Below, in pieces: positions 8,121-17,045 of a DNA stretch of 64,000 nt. The stretch lies in assembly GCA_030697795.1 (NCBI GenBank), contig JAUYOV010000007.1, positions 73,810 to 137,809 of the forward strand, given 5' to 3'. A model generated the notes under the pieces. The model worked only from the letters and a program-made list of their open reading frames with translations. It was not told where the DNA came from and did not search any database. Each line of letters starts with the position of its first letter. The stretch's first letter is position 1. A program made the translations under genes and the position numbers. Origin of the DNA: a bacterium. Its GTDB lineage: Bacteria > Patescibacteriota > Minisyncoccia > JACQLN01.

Positions 8121-9117
8121 TTAGCCTATTTTTATCTTTTTCTAAATTAGATTTAAGTTCAAAATGCCAAGGTTCTTTGTTGTAAACGCAAAAACCGTTA
8201 ACTTTCATTACTTGTATAACTCTATCTTGACAGCATTTAGATCCACTCTCATTATAACCCCAAACATCTAAAGCCCTACCTGTAGTATGGCGGCAGTTTT
8301 GACCATCCACGCTTCCATTGCCATCAGTGTCTTTAGGAATGCAGGTTATAGCATGTCCTGGTATTGGATCACATTTAACAGCTTCGGGATCTTTGCAATT
8401 TTCTTTAACAAGCTCTTCTTGCCTATCTAAACTTCTAAAACCAGACGCAACTTTTAAATCTACTAGATTTAATTTAGCATCTACTACTGCTCCTCTTAGA
8501 TTGCTAAGAACGTTTCTGCCTATATTATCCAAATCTACACCTGGATTTGTTTTTATTTCCACAGCAATACCTTCATTAGTATCGCCTAAATCGATAACCT
8601 CCTCCTGTCCAGACACAATTTCCGGAGCTGGTTCTTCTTCGGCTAATAAAATTTCTTCCTTTATTTCAAACGAAAAACTTCCGTTTTGCAGATATTTGCC
8701 TGTAACATCATTGATTGTTCCTCCTGTGCACTGAATATCAAACTGGCCATTTTTAAAACTATATCCAGCCACGCTATTTTCGCCGGCAAAAAATCTAACC
8801 ACAAAAGAAGCTAATATATAAGAAGAATAAACAATAGCTATGCCAATTAAAGTGGCGGTTATCATTTTTCTGCCTTTTTTAACTTGGTCGGGCTTGTCGC
8901 CTGCGGTTAAAATTGTAAAACCGCTCCAAATAATCATACCGGTGGCCAATATCGGCACCAGCGTCCACACCACAAGATTAAAAACATTTTGCACCAAATC
9001 AAAAAGACTGCAGAGGGAACAGTCTATGCCGGTACAGGGCACAAGCCCTTGAGCATAAGCAGACAGTGAGATTGTAACAATTACCGCTAAAAAAATAGCA
9101 ACTTTAATAATTTTCAT
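8101..9117 (-). CDS. Fusion protein: VirB2/TrbC-like pilin N-terminal domain + M15 (VanY-like D-Ala-D-Ala carboxypeptidase) peptidoglycan hydrolase domain
   Basis: N-term: signal peptide, CxxxxC, helix-AGDKPDQVKKGRKMI-helix. C-term: SGFRSLDRQEEL...GHAI...HTTGRALDVWG...EPWHFE, the Zn ligands/motifs of peptidase M15. Overlaps upstream gene by 20 nt. Confidence 0.6.
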   Translation of the reverse strand: MKIIKVAIFLAVIVTISLSAYAQGLVPCTGIDCSLCSLFDLVQNVFNLVVWTLVPILATGMIIWSGFTILTAGDKPDQVKKGRKMITATLIGIAIVYSSYILASFVVRFFAGENSVAGYSFKNGQFDIQCTGGTINDVTGKYLQNGSFSFEIKEEILLAEEEPAPEIVSGQEEVIDLGDTNEGIAVEIKTNPGVDLDNIGRNVLSNLRGAVVDAKLNLVDLKVASGFRSLDRQEELVKENCKDPEAVKCDPIPGHAITCIPKDTDGNGSVDGQNCRHTTGRALDVWGYNESGSKCCQDRVIQVMKVNGFCVYNKEPWHFELKSNLEKDKNRLSVFTCN

Positions 9118-9127
9118 CTAAGTAATA

Positions 9128-9260
9128 TAAAATATATTTTTAAATTTCCAATTTCTAATATCTAATTACTAATCAAATCCCAATGACTAATGAACAAATA
9201 ACTAAAAAACTTTCTGACATTAGGCGTTTAAGCATTAGACATTGATTAGAAATTGGTAAT
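9128..9260. repeat. Inverted-repeat intergenic element, TCTAAT-unit family (copy 1)
   Basis: Arms aatttccaatttctaatatctaattactaatcaa ... ttgattagaaattggtaatt are reverse complements of each other. Same architecture at 10631, 34508, 36560, 47428, 52253. Confidence 0.7.
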
Positions 9261-9336
9261 TGCTCGCCCTGCGAAGCTTTACTGTGTCCTTCCGAAGCCT
9301 CGTGCGAAGGAGGAGCGGAGTAGGGGAAATTAGGAA

Positions 9337-10629
9337 TTATCTAAGTAAATTTGTTACTTCCGCTACTCCCTCCTTTAAGGCTTCTTTAGCCGAGGACTGG
9401 CTTAGGGCCACAGAATTTATCATCCGTTCAAATATTTTCTTAACCTCGGCGTCATCCGGTTGCGCCCAACTGGCGGCCGTTAAAATTTGTTTGGCAAAAA
9501 CATTTAAAGCCGCGTCCGAGGCGGTATAAGAAATTAAATCGCGCCTAGCCGGCGGCAAATGCGAAACAGCAATATAACTGCCCTCGGCGTTTTTGGTTGA
9601 AACAAAAAATAAAAACTTCCAAGCGGCATCTTTTTTAGCACTGGCGCCCGTGACCGCGCCGGCTTGATAAGAAGCAAAATTAATATCTAAATAAGAACTA
9701 TCTTTTTGCGAATCTTTAATCTGGGGCGCAGGCGCTACGCCTAAATTATTAACTGCGAAAGCAACTTGTTTTAAATCCTTGGCATAGCCTAAATACATTG
9801 CGGTTTTTCCCGTCTTAAAAGCTTCTAAAGCTTGGGGCATTCTAGCGTTCCAAGTATAAACGGGTTTAGAACTTACGGCAAAACTGGTATAAAAATTTAA
9901 AGCCGATTCGCCTGGGTTAAAAGCCTTGCCTTGCGAGGAGATAGAAGCGTCAAAAGTTGCGCGCTGGCCGTCTTTACTTAGCATAGGCGCGCCGGTTTGG
10001 AGCATTAAAAGAGAAAGAATATCGCTGGCATAATTAACATTAGCCACCGTGCCTAAAGCCGCGCCCGATCTAACAAAATCGCCCGAACTATCTTTTTGGG
10101 TTAGCTGTTTTACAGCCTCGTTAAATTCGTCCCAAGTTTTGGGCGGATTTATTAGGCCAGCATTATTAAAAAGCGCTTTATTGTAATAAAGGCCGATAGT
10201 ATCTATATAAAAAGGTACAGCATAAACTCTGTTAGCTCTAACTAAATCGCTAAAAGCCACATCGGCAAAAGTATCTTTAAAAATTTGCGCGGTCATCAAA
10301 CTGCCGGGCATAGGCGATAATTTATTTAAGTGCTTGTTTAGCCAAGTATTGTTTATGGCTACAATATCTGGGCCCGTGCCCGAAGCTAGAGAATTTACAA
10401 AATCTTTTTCGTATGAAGAAACATTTTTTTGAACATATTTAATAGTAACGTTGGGATTGGCGGTTTGATAAGCAGAAATTATAGGCGTCCAGTAACTGGC
10501 CGGATCGGTGCCCCAAAATTCTAAAGAAACTTTATCGCCTGCCCCCGGCTTTTTACCAAACAAAAAAGCTGAAACTGCCAAAAGCACTAGAATACCGATT
10601 ATTGAAAATATAATTATTTTGTAACGCAT
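9337..10629 (-). CDS. ABC transporter extracellular solute-binding protein (family 1, sugar-type), no adjacent permease
   Basis: 430 aa. N-terminal TM/signal. GPDIVAINNTWLNK...YAVPFYIDTIGLYYNKALF...PKTWDEF is typical of MalE-like SBPs. Confidence 0.75.
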   Translation of the reverse strand: MRYKIIIFSIIGILVLLAVSAFLFGKKPGAGDKVSLEFWGTDPASYWTPIISAYQTANPNVTIKYVQKNVSSYEKDFVNSLASGTGPDIVAINNTWLNKHLNKLSPMPGSLMTAQIFKDTFADVAFSDLVRANRVYAVPFYIDTIGLYYNKALFNNAGLINPPKTWDEFNEAVKQLTQKDSSGDFVRSGAALGTVANVNYASDILSLLMLQTGAPMLSKDGQRATFDASISSQGKAFNPGESALNFYTSFAVSSKPVYTWNARMPQALEAFKTGKTAMYLGYAKDLKQVAFAVNNLGVAPAPQIKDSQKDSSYLDINFASYQAGAVTGASAKKDAAWKFLFFVSTKNAEGSYIAVSHLPPARRDLISYTASDAALNVFAKQILTAASWAQPDDAEVKKIFERMINSVALSQSSAKEALKEGVAEVTNLLR

Positions 10630-10630
10630 C

Positions 10631-10760
10631 TTGGAAATTACTAATTACCAATTTCTAATTACTAATAAAACTTTAAATGACTAATGACTAAATACTTTTG
10701 GACATTGGGATTTTGGTATTAGACATTGATTAGAAATTAGGTATTAGATATTAGAAATTC
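10631..10760. repeat. Inverted-repeat intergenic element, TCTAAT-unit family (copy 2)
   Basis: ttggaaattactaattaccaatttctaattactaat ... attagacattgattagaaattaggtattagatattagaaatt. Confidence 0.7.
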
Positions 10761-11296
10761 TTTTTAAATAAGAGTCCCCAATGATCGTTCGTTGTAATAA
10801 TTTCTTTATCTAAATTAAAACCAAGCCCTGCTACTATTTGCTGACATTCTGCCTTAGAAAATTTGTAACCGGCTTCTTTTGTGCCAAAAAGAGAGGTTGG
10901 TTCCCAATCTATAACAACCAATTCCCCGCCAATTTTTAAAACCCGGTGAGCTTCTTTTATTATTTCTAACTTTTTTTGGGATTGAAACAAAATATTTGTA
11001 AGCAGTGCCACATCCTGGCTGGAGTCGTTAAGTTTAGAACTGCCCCAAACCTCTAAATCGCCCCTGACATAATTTATATTAAAAAGTCCGCGTGATTGCG
11101 CCGCAGACTTTAGCGTATCTAACTTGCCCTGCAAAACATCTATAGCCGTAACCGAACCGGTATCGCCCACGATCGCCGCAATAAGCAAAGCAAAATAACC
11201 CGAACCAGAACCAAAATCGGCCACATTGTAGCCCGTTTTAATATTTAAACTAGAAATTATAGTGTCTGGATTTAAAAATCCGCCTTGGGGAATCAT
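10751..11296 (-). CDS. Class I SAM-dependent methyltransferase
   Basis: 181 aa. VADFGSGSGYFA motif I, and D/E after a beta-strand (AIDVLQ). Confidence 0.6.
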   Translation of the reverse strand: MIPQGGFLNPDTIISSLNIKTGYNVADFGSGSGYFALLIAAIVGDTGSVTAIDVLQGKLDTLKSAAQSRGLFNINYVRGDLEVWGSSKLNDSSQDVALLTNILFQSQKKLEIIKEAHRVLKIGGELVVIDWEPTSLFGTKEAGYKFSKAECQQIVAGLGFNLDKEIITTNDHWGLLFKKNF

Positions 11297-11366
11297 CTAG
11301 CTTTTAGCTTTTAGCTTTTAGCTTTCTAGGGAATTTCCTAAAAAGCTGAGAAGCTAGAAAGCTATT

Positions 11367-13889
11367 TTATAATGTTGTCGTTGAGCCTATCTGATCGCCA
11401 TCTTTTAGCTTCATCACTCTGACGCCTTGCGTGGCGCGCCCTAAAACAGAAATATCTTTTAAGGGAGTTCGGATTAGCTGGCCTTTTTTAGAAATTACTA
11501 TCAAATCCTCTTGTTCCGGATCAAGAATCTTAGCCGAAACTATTTCGCCTGTTTTGGGTGTAACTTTAGCCGTTTTTATGCCCGAACCAGCTCGCTTTTG
11601 ACGTTTATACAGCTTAACGGGCGTTCTTTTGGCATAACCCTTAGCTAGCACCACCAGCATTTGCGCATCTTTATTTTGCGAACTAATTACATCGGCTCCC
11701 GCAATTAAATCGCCATTTTTTAGCCTCATCGCATTAACACCGCTGGCGTTTCGGCCCATATCGCGAACATCATTTTCGGAAAACTTTATAGCCTGCCCCT
11801 TTTGGGTAACTAAAATAATTTCGTCCTTACCCGAAGTTAACTTAACCCAATCCAGCTCGTCATCTTTACGGAGCTTGATGGCAATTAAACCAGACCGCCT
11901 GACGTTAGCAAAATCTGCAACCTCTGTTTTCTTAATTATACCACTGCGGGTTATCATAACTAAAAACCTGCCAGCCTCGTTTGACGAGATTTTTGATTTC
12001 TTGATGTCGAATTTCACCGGCACAATCGCCGTAATGACTTCTTCTTGAGCAATTTCTAAAAAGTTAACCAAAGCCCTGCCCTTAGAAGTTCTAGTGGCTA
12101 CTGGGATCTCGTGAACTTTAGCCAGAAATACTTTGCCGGTAGAGGTAAAGAATAAAATGCTGTCGTGGGTATTGGCTACAACCAAATTCTGTATAAAATC
12201 TTCTTCAGCTACGGCCGCGCCAATCTTGCCCGAACCGCCCCGTTTTTGCGTGCGATAAGTACCCGGGGGCAAGCGCTTAATAAAGCCATCTCGGCTTAGC
12301 GTAATAATAACTTCTTCGTTTGGAATTAAATCTTCTTCGCTAAATTCGCCAATAGGGTTGGCATAAATTTTAGTGCGGCGTTCACTAGGATAGCGCGTCC
12401 TGACTTCTTTAAATTCTTCTTTAATAACGCCCAAAAGTTTTTTAACATCGTCTAAAATGCTATTTAAATAAGCAATCAGTTTCTTTTTCTCGACGAGTTC
12501 GTCTTCTATTTTCTTTCTTTCTAAACCCGCCAAAGTTTGCAAACGCATTTCCAAAATAGCGGTGGACTGAACTTCGGACAGCTTAAACTTTTTAATTAAA
12601 TTAACGTGAGCCTCTTCGCGAGTTTCTGATTTTCTGATGGTATTAACAACTTCATCTATATGATCCAGCGCTTTAGACAGGCCTTCTAAAATATGTTTTC
12701 TTTCCTCGGCTTTTTTAAGATCAAATCTGGTTCGGCGTTCCACAATAACTTTTCTGTGGGCCAAATAATGCTCTAAAACAGATTTTAGCGATAAAACCTG
12801 TGGTTGAATACCGTCAACCAACGCCAGCATATTTAAGTGAAAAGTTTTTTGAAGATCGGTTAATTTATAAAGCTTATTTAAAACTTTTTGAGGATAAGCG
12901 TCGCCCCTTAACTCAATCATTATCCTAATACCGTCTTTATCGGATTCATCGCGAATATCTTTTATGCCTTCAATCTTTTTTTCTTTTACCAAATCGGCCA
13001 AATGTTCCAACATAGTGGCCTTATTAACTTGGTAAGGAATTTCTTTAATAATTATTTGAAAACCTTTTGCACCCTCGCCCTTCGTAGCCTTGGCGGAGGA
13101 GGGTTTGCCTTCTATAACATCGGCCACACCCCGCACCACCATCGGCCCGCGCCCCGAAGCATAAGCTTGTATAATATCTTTTTTGCCATAAATTGCCCCG
13201 CCAGTTGGAAAATCTGGGCCTTTTACAAACTGCATCAAATCTTCGCCTGTAGCTTTGGGGTTATCGGACAAATAAAGCAAAGCGTCTATAACTTCCACTA
13301 AGTTATGAGGCGGAATGTTGGTGGCCATACCAACAGCAATACCCACCGAACCGTTAAGCAATATGTTGGGAACTTTGGCTGGCAAAACCGAAGGCTCTTC
13401 CCTACTGCCATCATAGGTTTCTTTCCAATTTACAGTTTCTTTATCTATATCTGTAAGCATTTCTTCGGCTACAGTTTCCATACGGCATTCGGTGTAACGA
13501 TAAGCCGCTGGCGCATCGCCATCTATAGAGCCAAAATTGCCCTGGCCATCTACCAATGGATAACGCAACGAAAAATCTTGAGCCATACGCGCGAGAGCAT
13601 CGTAAATGGCGGCATCGCCGTGAGGATGATACTTGCCAATAACGTCGCCCACCACCGTGGCGCATTTTCTATATTTAGCACTGTGGCGCAAGCCGTTTTC
13701 GTGCATGGAGTAAAGAATTCTGCGGTGCACCGGCTTTAAACCATCGCGCACATCCGGCAAAGCGCGCGAAACTATAACGCTCATAGCATAATCTAAATAA
13801 GCGTCCTGCATCTCGTGCGTTATTTCGCGCGCTTGAATTTTTTGTTCTATATTTGTTCCTTCGGAGGCGGCTTGTTTTTTTGATTCCAT
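11367..13889 (-). CDS. gyrA: DNA gyrase subunit A
   Basis: 840 aa. [27 protein letters not shown], active-site region, and C-terminal beta-pinwheel repeats. Confidence 0.95.
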   Translation of the reverse strand: MESKKQAASEGTNIEQKIQAREITHEMQDAYLDYAMSVIVSRALPDVRDGLKPVHRRILYSMHENGLRHSAKYRKCATVVGDVIGKYHPHGDAAIYDALARMAQDFSLRYPLVDGQGNFGSIDGDAPAAYRYTECRMETVAEEMLTDIDKETVNWKETYDGSREEPSVLPAKVPNILLNGSVGIAVGMATNIPPHNLVEVIDALLYLSDNPKATGEDLMQFVKGPDFPTGGAIYGKKDIIQAYASGRGPMVVRGVADVIEGKPSSAKATKGEGAKGFQIIIKEIPYQVNKATMLEHLADLVKEKKIEGIKDIRDESDKDGIRIMIELRGDAYPQKVLNKLYKLTDLQKTFHLNMLALVDGIQPQVLSLKSVLEHYLAHRKVIVERRTRFDLKKAEERKHILEGLSKALDHIDEVVNTIRKSETREEAHVNLIKKFKLSEVQSTAILEMRLQTLAGLERKKIEDELVEKKKLIAYLNSILDDVKKLLGVIKEEFKEVRTRYPSERRTKIYANPIGEFSEEDLIPNEEVIITLSRDGFIKRLPPGTYRTQKRGGSGKIGAAVAEEDFIQNLVVANTHDSILFFTSTGKVFLAKVHEIPVATRTSKGRALVNFLEIAQEEVITAIVPVKFDIKKSKISSNEAGRFLVMITRSGIIKKTEVADFANVRRSGLIAIKLRKDDELDWVKLTSGKDEIILVTQKGQAIKFSENDVRDMGRNASGVNAMRLKNGDLIAGADVISSQNKDAQMLVVLAKGYAKRTPVKLYKRQKRAGSGIKTAKVTPKTGEIVSAKILDPEQEDLIVISKKGQLIRTPLKDISVLGRATQGVRVMKLKDGDQIGSTTTL

Positions 13890-13893
13890 TTTT

Positions 13894-14241
13894 TTATTCT
13901 ACAGGCAGTTCATATACTGTCCTTTCTTTTTCTACTTTTTCTTGACCGCCATTTGATACACTATTTCCATATTCACTAATTTTGTTAGTAGCATCCTTTT
14001 TAAAACTTTTAAAACCCTGAACCAAAGCGGCCAAGGGGCTAGCCATTTTTTCTTCTTCACCCAGCAACTTAGTTACGCCCGAGCCCTGTGATAAATCTAC
14101 CTTACGCAGCTGACTTTTAAACATCAACACCCAAAAAGACATTAACAATATAAAAGAAACGGCTAAAAGCCCAACCAATATTCTTTTCTTGGCTTTATGG
14201 CTTTTTCTTTGAAGATTATAAACGAAATTATATAAACTCAT
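13894..14241 (-). CDS. Hypothetical small membrane protein (start ATG 14241; GTG 14265 alternative)
   Basis: One TM ([21 protein letters not shown]). 5 nt upstream of gyrA start, so co-operonic. Confidence 0.4.
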   Translation of the reverse strand: MSLYNFVYNLQRKSHKAKKRILVGLLAVSFILLMSFWVLMFKSQLRKVDLSQGSGVTKLLGEEEKMASPLAALVQGFKSFKKDATNKISEYGNSVSNGGQEKVEKERTVYELPVE

Positions 14242-14247
14242 AAATAC

Positions 14248-14352
14248 CAATCTACGAATGTACACGAATTATACTAATGGCTTCACAAATTCGTTTTCTA
14301 TTCGCATTATTCGTTAAACTTATTCGTAGCATTCGCATAAATTCGTATATTG
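14248..14352. repeat. Inverted-repeat intergenic element, ATTCG/CGAAT-unit family
   Basis: ctacgaatgtacacgaatt...aaattcgttttctattcgcattattcgtt...cgtagcattcgcataaattcgtatattggc. Confidence 0.6.
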
Positions 14353-14359
14353 GCATAAA

Positions 14360-14971
14360 TTACACTACGTTTAGTAACAAAGTTTTGGTTTCCTCCTGCG
14401 GCAAATCTTTCTTTTTTATATTAAGTTTATTCTGCGGTTCAACATCGGAAGCGCCCATTTCTTTAAAAAATACCGAGGCTTTTTTGCTATCATCGTAACC
14501 TATGGGAATAACAATTCTCGGTTCTATTTGGTTAACTATTTTACTGGCAGTTTCGTTAGAATCATCAGTTGAACCTATATCTATTAGCAAAATATCTATA
14601 TCGGAAAAATTTTCTAACTGCGCATCGGTTAGTTCTTTGTCTAAACCAGCCAAATGGCAAAGTCTTACCCCTTCTACTTCTATAGTATAGGCAATATTTT
14701 CGCCAAAACCGCCAAGCCCCATAACAAAAAAGCCCTTAACATCGTATTCGCCGGGATTATTTATTAAAAAAGAATTTGTTTTGGATGGCACTTTGACCTC
14801 TTGAAGCTGTGACACCAAAACCACATCAGCGCCCCTAGCCGACTTGCCTGCCGACGAGGCAGGCTTTAATTCTTTTTCCAAATCCAAAGAACTGACAACA
14901 AGAGAATTTTCCCCGCTATCAATACCTACGGAGTTCTGACCGTACCAATACAAATTCATGTTTGATAACAC
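14360..14971 (-). CDS. Putative MBL-fold metal-dependent hydrolase (UPF0173-like)
   Basis: 203 aa. Weak resemblance (GEYDVKGFFVMGLGGFGENIAYTIEVEGVRLCHLAGL). Assignment tentative. Confidence 0.4.
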   Translation of the reverse strand: MLSNMNLYWYGQNSVGIDSGENSLVVSSLDLEKELKPASSAGKSARGADVVLVSQLQEVKVPSKTNSFLINNPGEYDVKGFFVMGLGGFGENIAYTIEVEGVRLCHLAGLDKELTDAQLENFSDIDILLIDIGSTDDSNETASKIVNQIEPRIVIPIGYDDSKKASVFFKEMGASDVEPQNKLNIKKKDLPQEETKTLLLNVV

Positions 14972-15157
14972 TAAAACATAAACATAACAAAAGAATATTT
15001 GTTATATTTCGCTTTTCAATTTGCTTATATTAGTGAAAAGCATAACATATCATTATTTTTTTCTCACTATTGACAAATAGATGTTATAGAGTGTATAATT
15101 AAAATATACAGTCAAAGCAAGCACCTGAAACCAAAACAACCCCAAAAGGAGGTAAAT

Positions 15158-15436
15158 ATGAGTCGCGGAAAATGGTACTTTACGTACATATATCGAGACA
15201 CATTTGGAGGCGGCCTCGCTGGTACAACCGAGCATGAGGAAATTCCTCTGAACGCAATTACTGAAGACGAAGCGATCATAGAGGCGAAGGTAATGTTAGA
15301 TAAGAAAGTTGTAGCGGCAAAAGCCTATTGGGAAAAACAAAGAAAGGAATGGGTGAATCCGCCTGCAACTCCATTTGAAGACGGACCTATAAATCCTTAT
15401 GTCGTATATAAAATCCCACTACAATGTCCAGATTGA
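15158..15436 (+). CDS. Hypothetical protein
   Basis: 92 aa. Strong RBS aaaggagg. Terminator follows. Confidence 0.5.
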   Translation: MSRGKWYFTYIYRDTFGGGLAGTTEHEEIPLNAITEDEAIIEAKVMLDKKVVAAKAYWEKQRKEWVNPPATPFEDGPINPYVVYKIPLQCPD

Positions 15437-15461
15437 TCGAAATTCGACTTCAACCACAACC

Positions 15462-15491
15462 CCCCGACGCTAAGCGTCGGGGCTTTTTTTA
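15462..15491 (+). terminator. Rho-independent terminator
   Basis: ccccgacgctaagcgtcgggg + cttttttttatttt. Confidence 0.7.
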
Positions 15492-15518
15492 TTTTGTAAA
15501 TTTAGCTAAGATAACATT

Positions 15519-15953
15519 ATGGTACTGGATATTAAAAAGAATAAACTAAAAATAGAAAAAATCGCCCAGAACCGCAACTTAAAATTTGCGGTGGTTTTTG
15601 GCAGCGCGGCTTCTGGTTTAATGAGGGACTCCAGCGACACCGACATAGCAGTTTTGCAGAAAAACCATATTCCCCTTGATTATAGATCATTCTTAGATAT
15701 CAACTCTGAATTGACTGACGCCTTGGCGCTGGGCTTTAGAAAAATAGACCTAGTGGATCTGGCAACAGCTAATATACTTTTACGTTACGAAGCTACCCAA
15801 AATGGAATCCTGCTTTATGGAGATGAAACTGATTACCAAAATTACCGAACCTTCGCCTTTAAAGACTATATAGACAGCCAATCACTACGAGATCTGGAGT
15901 CATTGATTATAAGAAAACGACAAAGCGCCCTAGCCACTCAACTTAATGTTTAA
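15519..15953 (+). CDS. mntA: MntA-type minimal nucleotidyltransferase (antitoxin of HepT/MNT TA pair)
   Basis: 144 aa. AVVFGSAASGL...SDTDIAVL matches the Pol-beta NTase GS...D.D motif. Overlaps next gene by 8 nt. Confidence 0.6.
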   Translation: MVLDIKKNKLKIEKIAQNRNLKFAVVFGSAASGLMRDSSDTDIAVLQKNHIPLDYRSFLDINSELTDALALGFRKIDLVDLATANILLRYEATQNGILLYGDETDYQNYRTFAFKDYIDSQSLRDLESLIIRKRQSALATQLNV

Positions 15954-16377
15954 AAAAGATCTAGTTCAAAGGAAAATATCTCTTATACAAGACGACTTGA
16001 GCAATCTTGCTCAATTGTCTAGTTTTTCCATTGAAGAAATCGCGGGCGATTTTTTAAAACAAGCCACAGTAGAACGACTTTTAGAGCGAATCATTTCGCG
16101 GGCTATAGACATTAACGAACATCTTATTGCCGAACTGGCAACCGCAAACACTGTGCCGCCCAAAGATTACCGAGAAACATTTTTTAGACTTTCAGATTTA
16201 AACATCTATCCCAAAGAGTTTGCCAAGGAAATCGCCAAAAGCATCGGCACCAGAAATCTTTTAGTTCACGAATACGACAAGATAGATTATGAAAAAGTGT
16301 ACGCCTCTATCGGCGATTGCTTAAAAGACTATCATCAGTATGTTGATTATATTATAAAGTTTTTAGAAAATCGCTAG
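15946..16377 (+). CDS. hepT: HepT-type HEPN-domain toxin (DUF86)
   Basis: 143 aa. RNLLVHEYD matches the Rx4HxY HEPN motif near the C-terminus. Confidence 0.65.
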   Translation: MFKKDLVQRKISLIQDDLSNLAQLSSFSIEEIAGDFLKQATVERLLERIISRAIDINEHLIAELATANTVPPKDYRETFFRLSDLNIYPKEFAKEIAKSIGTRNLLVHEYDKIDYEKVYASIGDCLKDYHQYVDYIIKFLENR

Positions 16378-16396
16378 TTCTAAACCAGCTTTTACC

Positions 16397-16428
16397 CCGC
16401 ACCTTTTTAATCAAAAAAGGTGCGGGAT
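16397..16428. terminator. Bidirectional terminator hairpin (cccgcaccttttt...aaaaaggtgcggg)
   Basis: 13-bp stem, A/T-rich flanks, between convergent HepT and RelE genes. The same stem sequence recurs at 53287-53335. Confidence 0.6.
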
Positions 16429-16704
16429 TTATTTTAGACCCTTATAAACATCTTTGCGGTGACGGATTCGCAATAATATTATGGAATCTTTATTAAATGA
16501 ATAGATTAAACGATGTGTTCCCACTCTAACACGCCATAGATTAGTGCCAATTTTTAATTTTTTAAGTTTAAGCGAAATATCCGTTAGATTTAATTTCAGC
16601 ACAGATAAAACCATCTCGGCTTTGGCAAAAATATCTTTGTTGACTTCGGCTAAGTCTTTTTTAAACTGCGGTGTAGCAAAAATATTCCGCATACAACGAG
16701 CCAA
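16429..16704 (-). CDS. relE: RelE/ParE-family toxin
   Basis: 91 aa. LWRVRVGTHRLIYSFNKDSIILLRIRHRKDVY is the classical RelE/ParE C-terminal signature. Confidence 0.7.
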   Translation of the reverse strand: MARCMRNIFATPQFKKDLAEVNKDIFAKAEMVLSVLKLNLTDISLKLKKLKIGTNLWRVRVGTHRLIYSFNKDSIILLRIRHRKDVYKGLK

Positions 16705-16741
16705 AAGGACCGCCCTTCCTGGAAGGGCGGTCCTTTTTCGA

Positions 16742-16963
16742 TTATTTAAGGTTCTTTAAGGATTTAATTTTCTTAAGCTTCCCGTTTTTAGCTTCTTTAA
16801 CAGACTGTTCTAGCCCTAACAAAAATTCTTGTTTATATTCTCCCAATTCTTCCAGAACCTCCTCTGCTAATTCGGCAACTTCCGAGCCAACATTAAACAA
16901 TCGGCGTATTTTACTGATACCTAGAGGAGTTACTTCCCTATTTTTGATTATAGCCCCATTCAT
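16742..16963 (-). CDS. Putative antitoxin partner of RelE (start uncertain; internal Met of the 116-aa track ORF)
   Basis: Small acidic, helical protein (EVAELAEEVLEELGEYKQEFLLGLEQSVKEAKNGK) immediately upstream of the toxin. The longer N-terminal extension would overlap the rpsA start, so a shorter start was chosen. Confidence 0.35.
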   Translation of the reverse strand: MNGAIIKNREVTPLGISKIRRLFNVGSEVAELAEEVLEELGEYKQEFLLGLEQSVKEAKNGKLKKIKSLKNLK

Positions 16964-17045
16964 AAGTAAGTATATTAGCATATTACTATCATTTTTGACT
17001 ATATTGTCTTTGTCTAGGCGTTCTGTTATAGTTTCTACACAAAAT

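Noticed and set aside
13002-13739. ORFs of 74-144 aa antisense to gyrA
   Set aside because: Inside a highly conserved gyrA reading frame; no support.
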